Source: an uncultured Gammaproteobacteria bacterium
GTDB lineage: Bacteria > Pseudomonadota > Gammaproteobacteria > Chromatiales > Chromatiaceae
NCBI GenBank assembly: GCA_963765415.1
Contig: CAVXWS010000087.1
Span: 1 to 48,454, forward strand
Length of the DNA stretch: 48,454 nt
Direction: 5' to 3'
Under the pieces are notes generated by a model. The model was not told the DNA's origin. It was given only the letters and a program-made list of their open reading frames with translations, and searched no databases. A program made the position numbers and the translations under genes. Numbering within the stretch: position 1 is the first letter of the stretch; every line of letters begins with the position of its first letter. Below, in pieces: positions 32,410 through 42,066 of this stretch.

Positions 32410-33372
32410 ATGGCGACGGGCAACAAGGCCCCTTACTACAAACAGAATCGGCTCAAGCAGTTGCGCGCCTTCTGCCACGCCGCGCAGACCGGCAGCATCA
32501 CCGAGGCGGCGGAGATCCTGTTTCTCAGCCAACCCTCGGTGACCCTGCAGATCCAGGCCCTGGAACGCGAGCTGGGCATCACCGTGTTCGAACGCCGCGG
32601 ACCCAAGATCAACCTGACCCCGGAGGGCGAGGTGCTGTACCAACTCGCCAGCCCGCTGGTGGAAGGCATGGACCGACTGCAGGAGAGCTTCGCCGCGCAC
32701 ATGGGCAATCTCGAGCGCGGCGAACTGAATATCGCCGCCGGCGAGTCGACTATTCTGTACGTGCTGCCCGAGGTCACCAAGCGATTTGCCGACGACTACC
32801 CGGGCATCCAATTGAAGCTGCAGAACGTCACCGGGCGGGACGGCCTGGCCATGGTGCGGGCCGACGAGGTCGATTTCGCCGTCGGCTCGATGCTCGAGGT
32901 CCCGGACGACATCCGGTACGACCCGGTGATCAGCTTCCAACCGCAGCTGATCGTGCCCAAAGGACACCCGCTGGCGCGCAAGCGGCGAATCGAACTCAAG
33001 GACATCGCGCCCTACGGCCTCATTCTGCCGCCGCGCCACCTGTCGACCTGGCGGGTGGTGGAACTGGTGTTCAGCCAGCACGATCTGGAGTTCGACGTCG
33101 CGCTGGAGGCCGGCGGCTGGGAGGTGATCAAGAAGTACGTCGAACTCGGCCTGGGGATCTCGATCGTCACCGACGTCTGCCTGACCGGATCCGAGAACCT
33201 GGTCGCCAAGCCGCTGGACCGCTACTTTCCCACCCGTACCTATGGCACCGTGACCCGGCGCGGCAAATTTCTCACTCCGGCCGCCGCGCGCTATCTCGAC
33301 ATGCTCAAAGAGCATTATCTGACCAACAACCCGTTCACCGAGGCCGCGCCGCTGAAGAAGAAATCCGGCTGA
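32410..33372 (+). CDS. LysR-family transcriptional regulator, divergent from aceA
   Basis: N-terminal HTH (LKQLRAFCHAAQTGSITEAAEILFLSQPSVTLQIQALERELGITVFER) plus LysR substrate-binding domain; intact 320 aa. Confidence 0.85.
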   Translation: MATGNKAPYYKQNRLKQLRAFCHAAQTGSITEAAEILFLSQPSVTLQIQALERELGITVFERRGPKINLTPEGEVLYQLASPLVEGMDRLQESFAAHMGNLERGELNIAAGESTILYVLPEVTKRFADDYPGIQLKLQNVTGRDGLAMVRADEVDFAVGSMLEVPDDIRYDPVISFQPQLIVPKGHPLARKRRIELKDIAPYGLILPPRHLSTWRVVELVFSQHDLEFDVALEAGGWEVIKKYVELGLGISIVTDVCLTGSENLVAKPLDRYFPTRTYGTVTRRGKFLTPAAARYLDMLKEHYLTNNPFTEAAPLKKKSG

Positions 33373-33404
33373 TCCACGAGCCCGGCCGGCCCATCTTCCG
33401 AGCG

Positions 33405-33452
33405 TTAGCCCGCATGTCTCACCAGGTTCGCCCGGTGAGACATGCGGGTTAG
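33405..33452. terminator. Perfect 15-bp stem / 9-nt loop hairpin between the convergent LysR-regulator and rraA genes (putative bidirectional terminator)
   Basis: CCCGCATGTCTCACC-aggttcgcc-GGTGAGACATGCGGG. Overlaps the rraA stop codon. No flanking U-tract, so it may act in a rho-dependent or RNA-stabilising way. Confidence 0.5.
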
Positions 33453-33928
33453 TCGACGGCCTGTGGCGTGACCAGTACCCCGTCCGGGTCGGCGTAGAGA
33501 AAATGTCCCGGCACGAAGCTCACATCGGCGAAGCGCACCGGCACGTCGCGCTCGCCGCCGCCCTTCTTGACGCTCTTGCGCGGATGCGTCGCCAGTGCCT
33601 TGACGCCGATATCGGTCCGGGCGATCACCTCGGAATCACGGATACACCCGTACACCAGAACCCCCGCCCAGCCGTTGTCGACCCCGAGCCCGGCCAGCAT
33701 GTCGCCAAGCAAGGCACGGCGCATCGAGCCGCCGCCGTCGACCACCAGCACCCGGCCCTTGCCCGGTTCCTCCAACGCCGCCCGCACCAGTGAGTTATCC
33801 TCGAAGCACTTGACCGTACTGATCGGGCCGCTGAAGTGAGACCGGCCGCCGAAGTCACGAAACAGAGGGTCGGCGACCTGGGCGGCATCGTTCAACCGGT
33901 CGCTGAGATCGGTGGTCTGCTGAGCCAT
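33449..33928 (-). CDS. rraA: RraA-family protein (RNase E regulator / 4-hydroxy-4-methyl-2-oxoglutarate aldolase fold)
   Basis: VLVVDGGGSMRRALLGDMLAGLGVDNGWAGVLVYGCIRDSEVIARTDIGVKALATHPRKS matches the RraA core. Confidence 0.8.
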   Translation of the reverse strand: MAQQTTDLSDRLNDAAQVADPLFRDFGGRSHFSGPISTVKCFEDNSLVRAALEEPGKGRVLVVDGGGSMRRALLGDMLAGLGVDNGWAGVLVYGCIRDSEVIARTDIGVKALATHPRKSVKKGGGERDVPVRFADVSFVPGHFLYADPDGVLVTPQAVD

Positions 33929-34027
33929 CGGAGATTCTCCCGGTTCATGGTGAGCGGACGTCATAGTTCGGGACATCATGCCGCAGCCGCATGCTGCATC
34001 GCAACACTACATTAGGAGAGACGAAGC

Positions 34028-34567
34028 ATGGCTATCGCCAGGGCTCTGTTCTTTGGTCTGCTGATCCTTGCCCTTGGACTGGGCATCGTCGGGCTGCTGC
34101 TGCCGAGCCAGACTCACGTCGAGCGCTCGATACTGATCGAGGCCTCACCGGCCGAGATATTCCCCCACCTGGACAGCCTGAGGGCCTTCAACGCCTGGTC
34201 GCCCTGGGCGCAAGAGGCGGCCGATACGCGCTACGAATTCAGCGGTCCGGACAACGGGGTCGGCGCGCGGATGCGCTGGGACAGCGAACAGGCGGGCGTC
34301 GGCAGCGGCACCCAGGAGATTGTCGCCAGTGAGCCGGGGCGGCGGGTAGTGACCGAATTGAACTTCGGCGAACAGGGCCAGGGCATCGCCACCTGGACCC
34401 TGTCCGAGACGGGCGCGGTAACCCGCGTAGACTGGGCCTTCGACACCGAATTCGGCTGGGACATACTCGGCCGCTATGCAGGGCTGTTTCTCGACGGTCT
34501 GATCGGCGCCGAGTACGAGACCGGCCTGCAGCGCCTGAAGCAGCTCGTCGAGACCGGCGCCCGCTGA
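34028..34567 (+). CDS. SRPBCC-superfamily (polyketide cyclase/Coq10-like) protein with N-terminal membrane anchor
   Basis: N-terminal TM (ALFFGLLILALGLGIVGLLL) then START/Bet-v1-like region; intact 179 aa. Confidence 0.55.
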   Translation: MAIARALFFGLLILALGLGIVGLLLPSQTHVERSILIEASPAEIFPHLDSLRAFNAWSPWAQEAADTRYEFSGPDNGVGARMRWDSEQAGVGSGTQEIVASEPGRRVVTELNFGEQGQGIATWTLSETGAVTRVDWAFDTEFGWDILGRYAGLFLDGLIGAEYETGLQRLKQLVETGAR

Positions 34568-34690
34568 ACCCCGCCATCACCTTCAGTCCGAACGGCCAAG
34601 CCGCCCGCCCCGGGCCGAGCCCGGCCGGCCTGGATTCGACTTGTTGCAGTGCAGTATGATCGGTGCTTTGCCGCAGACCGGAGCCCGACG

Positions 34691-35662
34691 ATGAGCGACG
34701 CCGCCTTCACAGAGATCGACGCCGAGATCTATTGCATCGACACCGGCCTGTACCGGCCACGGCACACCGCCAGCTATCTGATCCGCTCCGGCGGCGAGTT
34801 GGCCTTCGTCGACACGGGCGCGGCGAACAACGTGCCGCGGCTGCTCGAGGTGGTCCGCGAGATCGGCCTGACATCGGAGGCGGTGCGCTACGTCATGCCG
34901 ACCCACGTCCACCTCGACCATGCCGGCGGCGCCGGGGCCCTGGTGGCGGCCTGCCCGAACGCCACCCTGATCACCCATGAAAAGGGCGCACCTCACATGA
35001 TCGACCCCTCTCGCCTGCAGCAGGGCGCGACGGCCGTCTACGGCGAGGACGAGTTCCACCGCCTCTACGGCGACCTCGAACCGGTCCCGGAATCGCGCGT
35101 GGTCGCCGCCGCCGAGGGCGACCGGTTTCCCTTGGGGACTCGCGAGATCCGGTTCATCGATACGCCGGGGCACGCCAATCACCACGGCTGTTTCTTCGAG
35201 ACCGAGACCCGCACGATCTTTACCGGCGACACCTTCGGACTCTCCTATCGAGAGTTCGATTCGACCGCCGGCCCCTGGGTGATCGCCACCACCACTCCGG
35301 TGGCCTTCGATCCCGACGCCTGGCTCGACAGTCTGCAGCGCATGATGACGCTGCAGCCGCTCGCCGCCTGTCCGACGCACTTCGGCCGCCTGGCGAACCC
35401 GGGCGACCTGGTCGACGATCTGCGCGCCAGCATCGAGGCCCACCGCCGGATTGCCCTGCGTGAAGAGGCCGACGGCGACGAGGCCGGTCGCGCCGAGCGC
35501 CTGAACGCGGCGGTCGACGATCTGCTGGTCACGGCGGCTCGCCAACGACAACCGGCGCTGTCCGCCGAACGGTCACGCGAACTCCTGCAATTGGACATCG
35601 ACCTCAATGCCCAGGGCCTGCACGTCTGGCTCAAGCGGCGGGCAAAGGCGGCCGCTTCTTGA
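34691..35662 (+). CDS. MBL-fold metallo-hydrolase
   Basis: HVHLDHAGG (HxHxDH) motif and a downstream conserved His (DTPGHANHH); intact. Confidence 0.8.
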   Translation: MSDAAFTEIDAEIYCIDTGLYRPRHTASYLIRSGGELAFVDTGAANNVPRLLEVVREIGLTSEAVRYVMPTHVHLDHAGGAGALVAACPNATLITHEKGAPHMIDPSRLQQGATAVYGEDEFHRLYGDLEPVPESRVVAAAEGDRFPLGTREIRFIDTPGHANHHGCFFETETRTIFTGDTFGLSYREFDSTAGPWVIATTTPVAFDPDAWLDSLQRMMTLQPLAACPTHFGRLANPGDLVDDLRASIEAHRRIALREEADGDEAGRAERLNAAVDDLLVTAARQRQPALSAERSRELLQLDIDLNAQGLHVWLKRRAKAAAS

Positions 35663-35910
35663 CCCGTATATTGTGCGAGGGCGAACGCCGTGCTGAGACT
35701 TTATGGCACACATCACGGGTTTTGGAGTTCGCTGAGGTCACCGGCTTCGACGGTACTTTTTGTCCTGATCGGTTTTCTGAAGAATCCGCCGTTGTCTCTC
35801 GCCCGATCCCTTCAAGCAATATAGGATCAACGCTGTGACCGCCCACCAGGGGCCTGTCTATAATGAGACCTTCTTAAACGGCAACGCCGCGACCAACGAC
35901 GCCAGACAAC

Positions 35911-36978
35911 ATGCAACAGAAGACCGACGACCTCCGCATCCAGGGGATCAACGAAGTCGTACCACCCTCGCTGATGCACGAGGAATTCCCGATTACCGAG
36001 GCCGCCGCCGAGACGGTGCACCAGGCACGCCACGAGATCCACCGCATCCTGCACGGCGAGGACGACCGGCTGCTGGTCGTGATCGGCCCCTGCTCGATCC
36101 ACGACCCGACGGCGGCGCTCGAGTACGCGCGAGCATCTGAAGCCGCTGCGCGCAACGAGCTGGCGGACGACCTGCTGATCGTCATGCGGGTCTACTTCGA
36201 GAAGCCGCGCACCACGGTCGGCTGGAAGGGCCTGATCAACGACCCCGACCTCGACGGCAGCTTCGACATCAACGAGGGCCTGCGCACTGGCGCGCGAGCT
36301 GCTGCTCGACATCAACGCGCATGGGCGCTGCCGGCCGGCACCGAGTTCCTCGACCTGATCACCCCGCAGTACATCGCCGACCTGATCAGCTGGGGCGCCA
36401 TCGGCGCCCGCACCACCGAGAGCCAGGTCCACCGCGAGCTGGCCTCCGGCCTGTCCTGCCCGGTCGGCTTCAAGAACGGCACCGACGGCAACATGAAGAT
36501 CGCCATCGACGCCATGCACGCCGCGCGCCCGCCCGCACCACTTCCTGTCCGCTGACCAAGGACGGCCACTCGGCCATCTTCGCCACCACCGGCAACGAGG
36601 ACAGCCACGTCATCCTGCGCGGCGGCCAGCCGCCCGAACTACGACACCGAGAGCGTCAACATCGCGGCCGAGGAGCTGGAGGAGGCCGGCCTGCGACCGC
36701 GCCTGATGATCGACTTCAGCCACGCCAACAGCCGCAAGCAGCACGCAGAAGCAGGTCGACGTCGGCGCGGACGTGGCCGGCCAGATCGCCCGCGGCGACC
36801 GCCGCATCATCGGCGTCATGATCGAGAGCCACCTGGTCGGCCGGCCGCCAGGACTGGCACGCCGGGCGCGGCGCTGGCCTACGGCCAGAGCATCACCGAC
36901 GCCTGCATCGGCTGGGACGACAGCGTGCCGCTGCTGCACGAACTGGCCGAGGCCGTTCGCCTGCGCCGCGAGCACTGA
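35911..36978 (+). pseudogene. aroG: 3-deoxy-7-phosphoheptulonate (DAHP) synthase, class I (AroG/F/H type), split across frames as assembled
   Basis: MQQKTDDLRIQGINEVVPPSLMHEEFPITEAAAETVHQARHEIHRILHGEDDRLLVVIGPCSIHD...YFEKPRTTVGWKGLINDP. then frame changes. then ...GNMKIAIDAMHAA..., ...IGVMIESHLV..., ...SITDACIGWDDSVPLLHELAEAVRLRR*. Confidence 0.8.
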
Positions 36979-37032
36979 GCGGGCAGACCGGCCCGGGGAC
37001 CGGCCGCAGCAAGGGGGGAACCCCCGGCGCGG

Positions 37033-38631
37033 CTAACTCAGCTTGAAGCGCGCGACCTGTTCGGCCAGCTCGGCCATCGCGGCGCGGATCTCGGCGGTCG
37101 TGTTGACCACATCTTCGGCCTCGATGGTGCGCTGATCGGCGACCAGGGAAATGTTGGCGATGCCCTGGTTCAGCTCCTCGGCGACCCGGCTCTGCTCCTC
37201 GGCCGCGGTGGCGATTTGAGCGTTCATGTTGCGAATCGCCGACACGGCGACGACGATCTTGTCCAGGGCGGCATCGGCGTCCTGACTCTTGGCGACACTG
37301 CTTTGGGCGTGGTCGCGACCGGACTCTATCTCGACCAAGGCCTCGCTGGCACGACTCTGCAGGCGGCCGATGATGTCGCGGATCTCCTTGGTCGAGGCCT
37401 GAGTCCGTTGCGCCAGGGTGCGAACCTCGTCCGCCACCACGGCGAAACCCCGTCCCATCTCGCCGGCCCGGGCCGCCTCGATCGCCGCATTCAGGGCAAG
37501 TAGATTGGTCTGCTCGGCGATACCGTTGATCACCGCCAGCACCTTACCGACCTCCTGACTGTCGATCTCGAGATGCTTCATGACCTCGACCGTGCCCTCG
37601 AGCTGGCCGGCCATGGAATTAATGTCCTCGATCACGTCCGCGACCCGGATCCGCCCGGCCTCAGCGTCCGAATCGGCGAGGCGCACCTTTTCCGCCGCCT
37701 CGGCGGCATTGCGCGCGACCTCCAGGACGCTGATCGACATCTCGTTCATTCCCGTCGCCGCCGATTCGATCTCCGAACGTTGCTGCTGCGCTCTGCTGCT
37801 GGCGTCGGCCAGGATACCGTTGACCTGCTCGGCCCGACCGCGAACCGAGGACGTCGTGGCGTCGACACGGCCGAGGACGGTGCTGACCTGTTCCAGCATG
37901 TCGTTGTAAGCGGTGAGGGCGTCAGCGAGTTCATTGTCGCGATGCGTCACCTCGATGGGGCGCGAGAAATCACCCTGACCGACCGCGACGAGTCTCTGCC
38001 GCAGGGCCTCGAGCCCCTGCATCAACAGGCCTTCGCCGTAGATCCGCCCGATCGAGATGATGAGCAGTGCGACACCGGCCGCCACCAGGGAAAAGATCTG
38101 GCTGCCGCGCACGGTCGCATTGGCGACGGCGGCCATCGTGGCGACACCCTTGTTCATCTCACTGAGCACGATCGACGATTGTTCGTCGATCACGCGCAGA
38201 CGCTCCGGGGAAGGGGCGTCGAGATAACGATTGATCTCGGCCTTGTAGGTCCCCCATATCCCGTAGACCCGGGCCAGGTGTTGTCGCAGGCCCGGGTCGG
38301 CCACCGCCTCGACGCCCGCCTCGGCGTTGCCGTTCAGCAGTTCCTTATGCGAGGTCTCGAACAGCCGGATGGTCTCATTGACCGTTTCTCTCGACTCGAC
38401 CCCCTGGGCCACCAACATAGCCTCCTTGGCGACCCGCTGGCTGAGCATGCGCTGGCGTCCGGCGAGATCGATGACCGTGGCGTCGTCACCGAGCCTGACC
38501 AGCAGCGACCCCACACCCAGACCCGTGACCAGGAAGACCAGCACGAAGGCGAAGAGGAATTGGGCGCGAAAGGTCTTGAGCCCCACGGCCTGGAACAGGG
38601 TCTGGAGTAGGCGCGCAATGGCTGGCTTCAT
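37033..38631 (-). CDS. Methyl-accepting chemotaxis protein with PilJ/NIT-like periplasmic sensor domain
   Basis: N-terminal TM + sensor, HAMP, and the highly conserved MCP signalling domain (...[37 protein letters not shown]...); intact 532 aa. Confidence 0.85.
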   Translation of the reverse strand: MKPAIARLLQTLFQAVGLKTFRAQFLFAFVLVFLVTGLGVGSLLVRLGDDATVIDLAGRQRMLSQRVAKEAMLVAQGVESRETVNETIRLFETSHKELLNGNAEAGVEAVADPGLRQHLARVYGIWGTYKAEINRYLDAPSPERLRVIDEQSSIVLSEMNKGVATMAAVANATVRGSQIFSLVAAGVALLIISIGRIYGEGLLMQGLEALRQRLVAVGQGDFSRPIEVTHRDNELADALTAYNDMLEQVSTVLGRVDATTSSVRGRAEQVNGILADASSRAQQQRSEIESAATGMNEMSISVLEVARNAAEAAEKVRLADSDAEAGRIRVADVIEDINSMAGQLEGTVEVMKHLEIDSQEVGKVLAVINGIAEQTNLLALNAAIEAARAGEMGRGFAVVADEVRTLAQRTQASTKEIRDIIGRLQSRASEALVEIESGRDHAQSSVAKSQDADAALDKIVVAVSAIRNMNAQIATAAEEQSRVAEELNQGIANISLVADQRTIEAEDVVNTTAEIRAAMAELAEQVARFKLS

Positions 38632-38807
38632 GGTCGGTGCGTCCGAGATGCAGAGGAAAACGCGCAGTTAAGGCCCGTTCTGGCTCGAGCCGATCGTGAT
38701 CTCGAATCGCTGGATCGAGCTCGGTCCTACTGTGCACTCTAGGCTTCGGCGCGAAAGGTCGAAACTTAAAATCTGGCCGCTCGTTTGGAGCCCGGGCAAC
38801 GCTTACT

Positions 38808-39251
38808 TCAGAACTCGTCGAAGCCGGCCTTGCGAAACCACTCGCTGGCCTTCGCCTCGTCGCGCTCGACGCCGTTGCCCTCGCGATACATCATGCCGAG
38901 CGTGGTCATCGATCCCTGCAATCCCTGATCGGCGGCTTTGGTAAACCATTCCGCGGCCTTCTCGGGGTGCTTCTCGACGCATTCGCCTTCGAGATACATG
39001 AATCCGAGACCGTGCTGCGCCAATCCCAGCCCGGCCTCGGCCGCGGCCTTCATGAAGGCGAAGGCGCGCATCTCATTCTCGACCATACCCAGCCCGTTCT
39101 GGGCCATTATCGCCATCCGGTACTGGGCCTCGGCATCGCCTTTCTCGGCCAGGGGCGCGAGCAGGCCCGCGGCCTGGCTGAAACTCTTGGCCTCGAATGC
39201 GGCGATGCCACTGGAAAGGTCCATGTCCAGCCCGTCATTGTCGTTTGTCAT
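38808..39251 (-). CDS. Sel1-repeat (TPR-like) protein
   Basis: Three Sel1 repeats (GDAEAQYRMAIMAQNGLG; GLGLAQHGLGFMYLEGECVEKHPEKAAEWFTKAADQG; LQGSMTTLGMMYREGNGVERDEAKASEWFRKA). Confidence 0.8.
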   Translation of the reverse strand: MTNDNDGLDMDLSSGIAAFEAKSFSQAAGLLAPLAEKGDAEAQYRMAIMAQNGLGMVENEMRAFAFMKAAAEAGLGLAQHGLGFMYLEGECVEKHPEKAAEWFTKAADQGLQGSMTTLGMMYREGNGVERDEAKASEWFRKAGFDEF

Positions 39252-39646
39252 ATCTTTTCACTCAGTCGTTGTTTGATCGCTCTCGGCCGGGATGACCGGA
39301 CGATAGCCCGGAGGGCGGATCGCCACCCGGGTGTGCACGCGCGCGTCGTCGCGCGTCGCCGGAATAGAAACCGAATTGGAGTTCCGGGTTGGCCCGGCCC
39401 CGTTCGGCCAGTTCGATCACCTCGACGCTCATCGGCCGGAAAGGCCTTCAGACAATGCGCAGCGCCGTGGTGATTTCGGCCGAGCAAACGGGTAGTTTTC
39501 GGGTGCAAGATACCGAGTTCTCCCAACCCAACTCCACCGTAGTTTTTTCAGGGTTGCGCCGGCGGGTTTGGCAAACGCAGGTTTGCGGAGCAGAATTGCC
39601 TACTCCCTGCCGCCGCTTCCGCGCCTCAATCGATCGACCGCAACCC

Positions 39647-40858
39647 ATGCAAACCGCCCTTGCCGACTTCATTCGCGACACCCCGGAAGGTCAACGCGCC
39701 GACCGAATCCTGCGCGCCTGCGTGCATTGCGGGTTCTGCACCGCCACCTGCCCGACCTATCAGCTGCTCGGCGACGAATTGGACGGTCCGCGCGGCAGAA
39801 TCTATCAGATCAAGGAGGTGCTGGAGGGTAAACCCGCCGGAGACCACACCCGTTTGCATCTGGACCGCTGCCTGACCTGCCGCTCCTGCGAGACGACCTG
39901 TCCGTCCGGAGTCGCCTACGGCGAGTTACTCGACATCGGCCGCGGCCTGGTCGAACAACAGACCCGGCGCCCACCGCTCGAACGTCTGACCCGCTTCGGC
40001 CTGCGCAAACTGCTGCCGAACCGCCCCCTGCTCAGGCTGCTGTTCGGCAGCGCCCGGCTGGTCGGCCCGCTGCTGCCGACACGGCTGCGAAAAAAGGTAC
40101 CGCCGGCGGCCGCGGACACCCCCTGGCCCGAGGCGCGCCATCGTCGCCGCTGGCTGTGTCTGGACGGTTGTGTGCAACCGGTCGCCGCGCCGCAGATCGA
40201 TCTCGCCGCCGCCCGGGTGCTGGACCGCGTCGGCATCAGCCTGGTTCGCGCCCCGGCCGGCTGCTGCGGCGCCCTCGCCCATCACCTCAGCGCCGAGCAG
40301 GAATCGCTCGCAATCGCCCGCCGAAACGTCGATGCCTGGCAGCGGGAGCTCGAATTGGGCGCCGAGGGTCTGCTGGTCACTGCCAGCGGCTGCGCGGTAC
40401 ATCTCAAAGAGTACGGCCGCCTGCTGGCCGACGACCCGGCCTACGCCGACAAGGCGGCCCAGGTGGCGGCAGCGATCAAGGATCCGGTCGAGCTCATGGA
40501 ACAGGAGGATCTCAGTCCGCTGACGGGGCGATTCGGCACCGAATCCATCGCCTTTCACGCCCCCTGCACCCTGCAGCACGGCGAGCGGCTCGGCGGCCGG
40601 GTCGAGCGTCTGTTGAACGACTTGGGCTTCGAACTGACCTCGGTCGCCGATGCTCATCTGTGCTGCGGCTCGGCCGGCACCTACTCGGTGCTGCAGGCGG
40701 AACTCTCGGAGCAACTGCGGGAGCGTAAGCTCGCCGCCCTGAACGCCGGGCGCCCGGCCCGAATCGCGACCGCCAACATCGGCTGTCTGATGCACCTGCA
40801 GCAGGGCGGCGACACGCCCGTAACGCACTGGCTGGAGCTGCTCGCCGAACGTCTGTGA
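39647..40858 (+). CDS. glcF: Glycolate oxidase iron-sulfur subunit GlcF-like protein (two 4Fe-4S ferredoxin motifs + two CCG domains)
   Basis: ADRILRACVHCGFCTATCPTYQLLGDELDGPRGRIY...DRCLTCRSCETTCPSGV...CCGA...HLCCGSAGTY, collinear with E. coli GlcF; intact. Confidence 0.85.
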   Translation: MQTALADFIRDTPEGQRADRILRACVHCGFCTATCPTYQLLGDELDGPRGRIYQIKEVLEGKPAGDHTRLHLDRCLTCRSCETTCPSGVAYGELLDIGRGLVEQQTRRPPLERLTRFGLRKLLPNRPLLRLLFGSARLVGPLLPTRLRKKVPPAAADTPWPEARHRRRWLCLDGCVQPVAAPQIDLAAARVLDRVGISLVRAPAGCCGALAHHLSAEQESLAIARRNVDAWQRELELGAEGLLVTASGCAVHLKEYGRLLADDPAYADKAAQVAAAIKDPVELMEQEDLSPLTGRFGTESIAFHAPCTLQHGERLGGRVERLLNDLGFELTSVADAHLCCGSAGTYSVLQAELSEQLRERKLAALNAGRPARIATANIGCLMHLQQGGDTPVTHWLELLAERL

Positions 40859-40859
40859 A

Positions 40860-41150
40860 CACTCCACCGGCTAAAGCCGGTGGCTTCGGGTTACGGCTGA
40901 AAGCCGGATCGGTCGGCCATCCGGCCGACTGTCACCCTCTCCCTCAGGGAGAGGGCTGGGGTGAGGGGGATCAAATTAAACCTGAGCATTTCGCTTTCCG
41001 ATCCCCTCATCCTGTCCTTCTCCCTGGGGGAGAAGGGAGCCTTCGATACGATTCGTTCATACCGCCACCGCTGCAAACCCTAGCACGACACCTATCCATC
41101 GCCTGAAGGCGAGGGGTTTAAGGATCCCCTATCGGCGACTCTAAACGTTG
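40860..41150. repeat. Structured intergenic region with at least five GC-rich stem-loops (GGGAGAGGG/CCCTCTCCC-type palindromes) between convergent glcF and the IMPase gene
   Basis: CACCGGC-taaa-GCCGGTG; GCCGGAT-cggtcggcc-ATCCGGC; CCCTCTCCC-tca-GGGAGAGGG; GGGTGAGGGGGATC...GATCCCCTCATCC; CCTTCTCC-ctgggg-GGAGAAGG. Confidence 0.45.
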
Positions 41151-41156
41151 AACATG

Positions 41157-41975
41157 CTAAACGTTCGGCGCGGCCAGCAACCAGTCTCGCCATTCGGCCA
41201 GCAACTGCGGCGTGCTCGCCGCCACGGCGATGCGCGGCTCCAGGACCAGACGCTGCTGCCAGTCACCATCCAGACGCTCGAGCAGTCCGCCGGCGGCGCC
41301 GGCCTGCTGCAACACCAGGGCGCCGGCGGCATAGTCCCAGAGCCGCTGGCCACCGTGCAGATAAAGGTGGCAACGCTCGGCGGCGATCCAGCACCAATCC
41401 AGGGCGACCGAACCGAAGCTGCGCTGCGAGCGGTACGGCGGCCGTACCGCAAGCCGCGTCGCGACTGACGGCCGCAGGCGTTTGAAGTCGATCAGGCCCG
41501 AGGCCGCGCTCAGTTCGGTGACGTCGCCTCGCGGGGACAGGGGCTCACCGTTCAACCAGGCACCGGCACCACGCACCGCGGTAAAGCTCTCTTTGCGCAC
41601 CGGGTCGTGCACCACGCCGGCCTGAACCATTCCATCGACCACCAGCGCCAGTGAAACCGAGAAGAACGGGATACCGGCGGCGAAGTTGCCGGTACCGTCG
41701 AGCGGATCCAGGCACCATAGCGGCGTATCGGAATCGGACAAAAGGCGCGCCTGTTGCGCCGCCGGCATCTCCTCGCCGAGCATCCGGACCTGTGGGAAGC
41801 GACCGGCCAGCTCCTCGGTCAGACGAGCCTGCATGGCCAGATCGGCCGCTGTGATCACACTGCCGTCCGCCTTCAGACCCGCCTCTACCTTGTGCCAACG
41901 ACTGCACAATTCCTGTTCGGCGGCCGCCTCGACCTGCGCCGCCAGGGCGAAAACATCTTGCTTACTCTCAATCAT
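41157..41975 (-). CDS. Inositol monophosphatase family protein (SuhB/CysQ-like)
   Basis: IMPase motifs WCLDPLDGTGNFAAGIPFFSVSLAL and ...GSVALDWCWIAAERCHLYL...WDYAAGALVL; intact 272 aa. Confidence 0.85.
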   Translation of the reverse strand: MIESKQDVFALAAQVEAAAEQELCSRWHKVEAGLKADGSVITAADLAMQARLTEELAGRFPQVRMLGEEMPAAQQARLLSDSDTPLWCLDPLDGTGNFAAGIPFFSVSLALVVDGMVQAGVVHDPVRKESFTAVRGAGAWLNGEPLSPRGDVTELSAASGLIDFKRLRPSVATRLAVRPPYRSQRSFGSVALDWCWIAAERCHLYLHGGQRLWDYAAGALVLQQAGAAGGLLERLDGDWQQRLVLEPRIAVAASTPQLLAEWRDWLLAAPNV

Positions 41976-42066
41976 GCCGGGCAGGATACCGATACCCGCT
42001 TAAGATGAGCGAGCGGAATTATCCCAATTGTCGATGCAAACACACTCAGGATAGGGTGGCGAACCC

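Noticed and set aside
39248-39646. ORFs 39248–39526 (-) and 39389–39646 (+) upstream of glcF
   Set aside because: Arg/Pro-rich, no motifs, overlapping each other in the glcF promoter region; judged spurious
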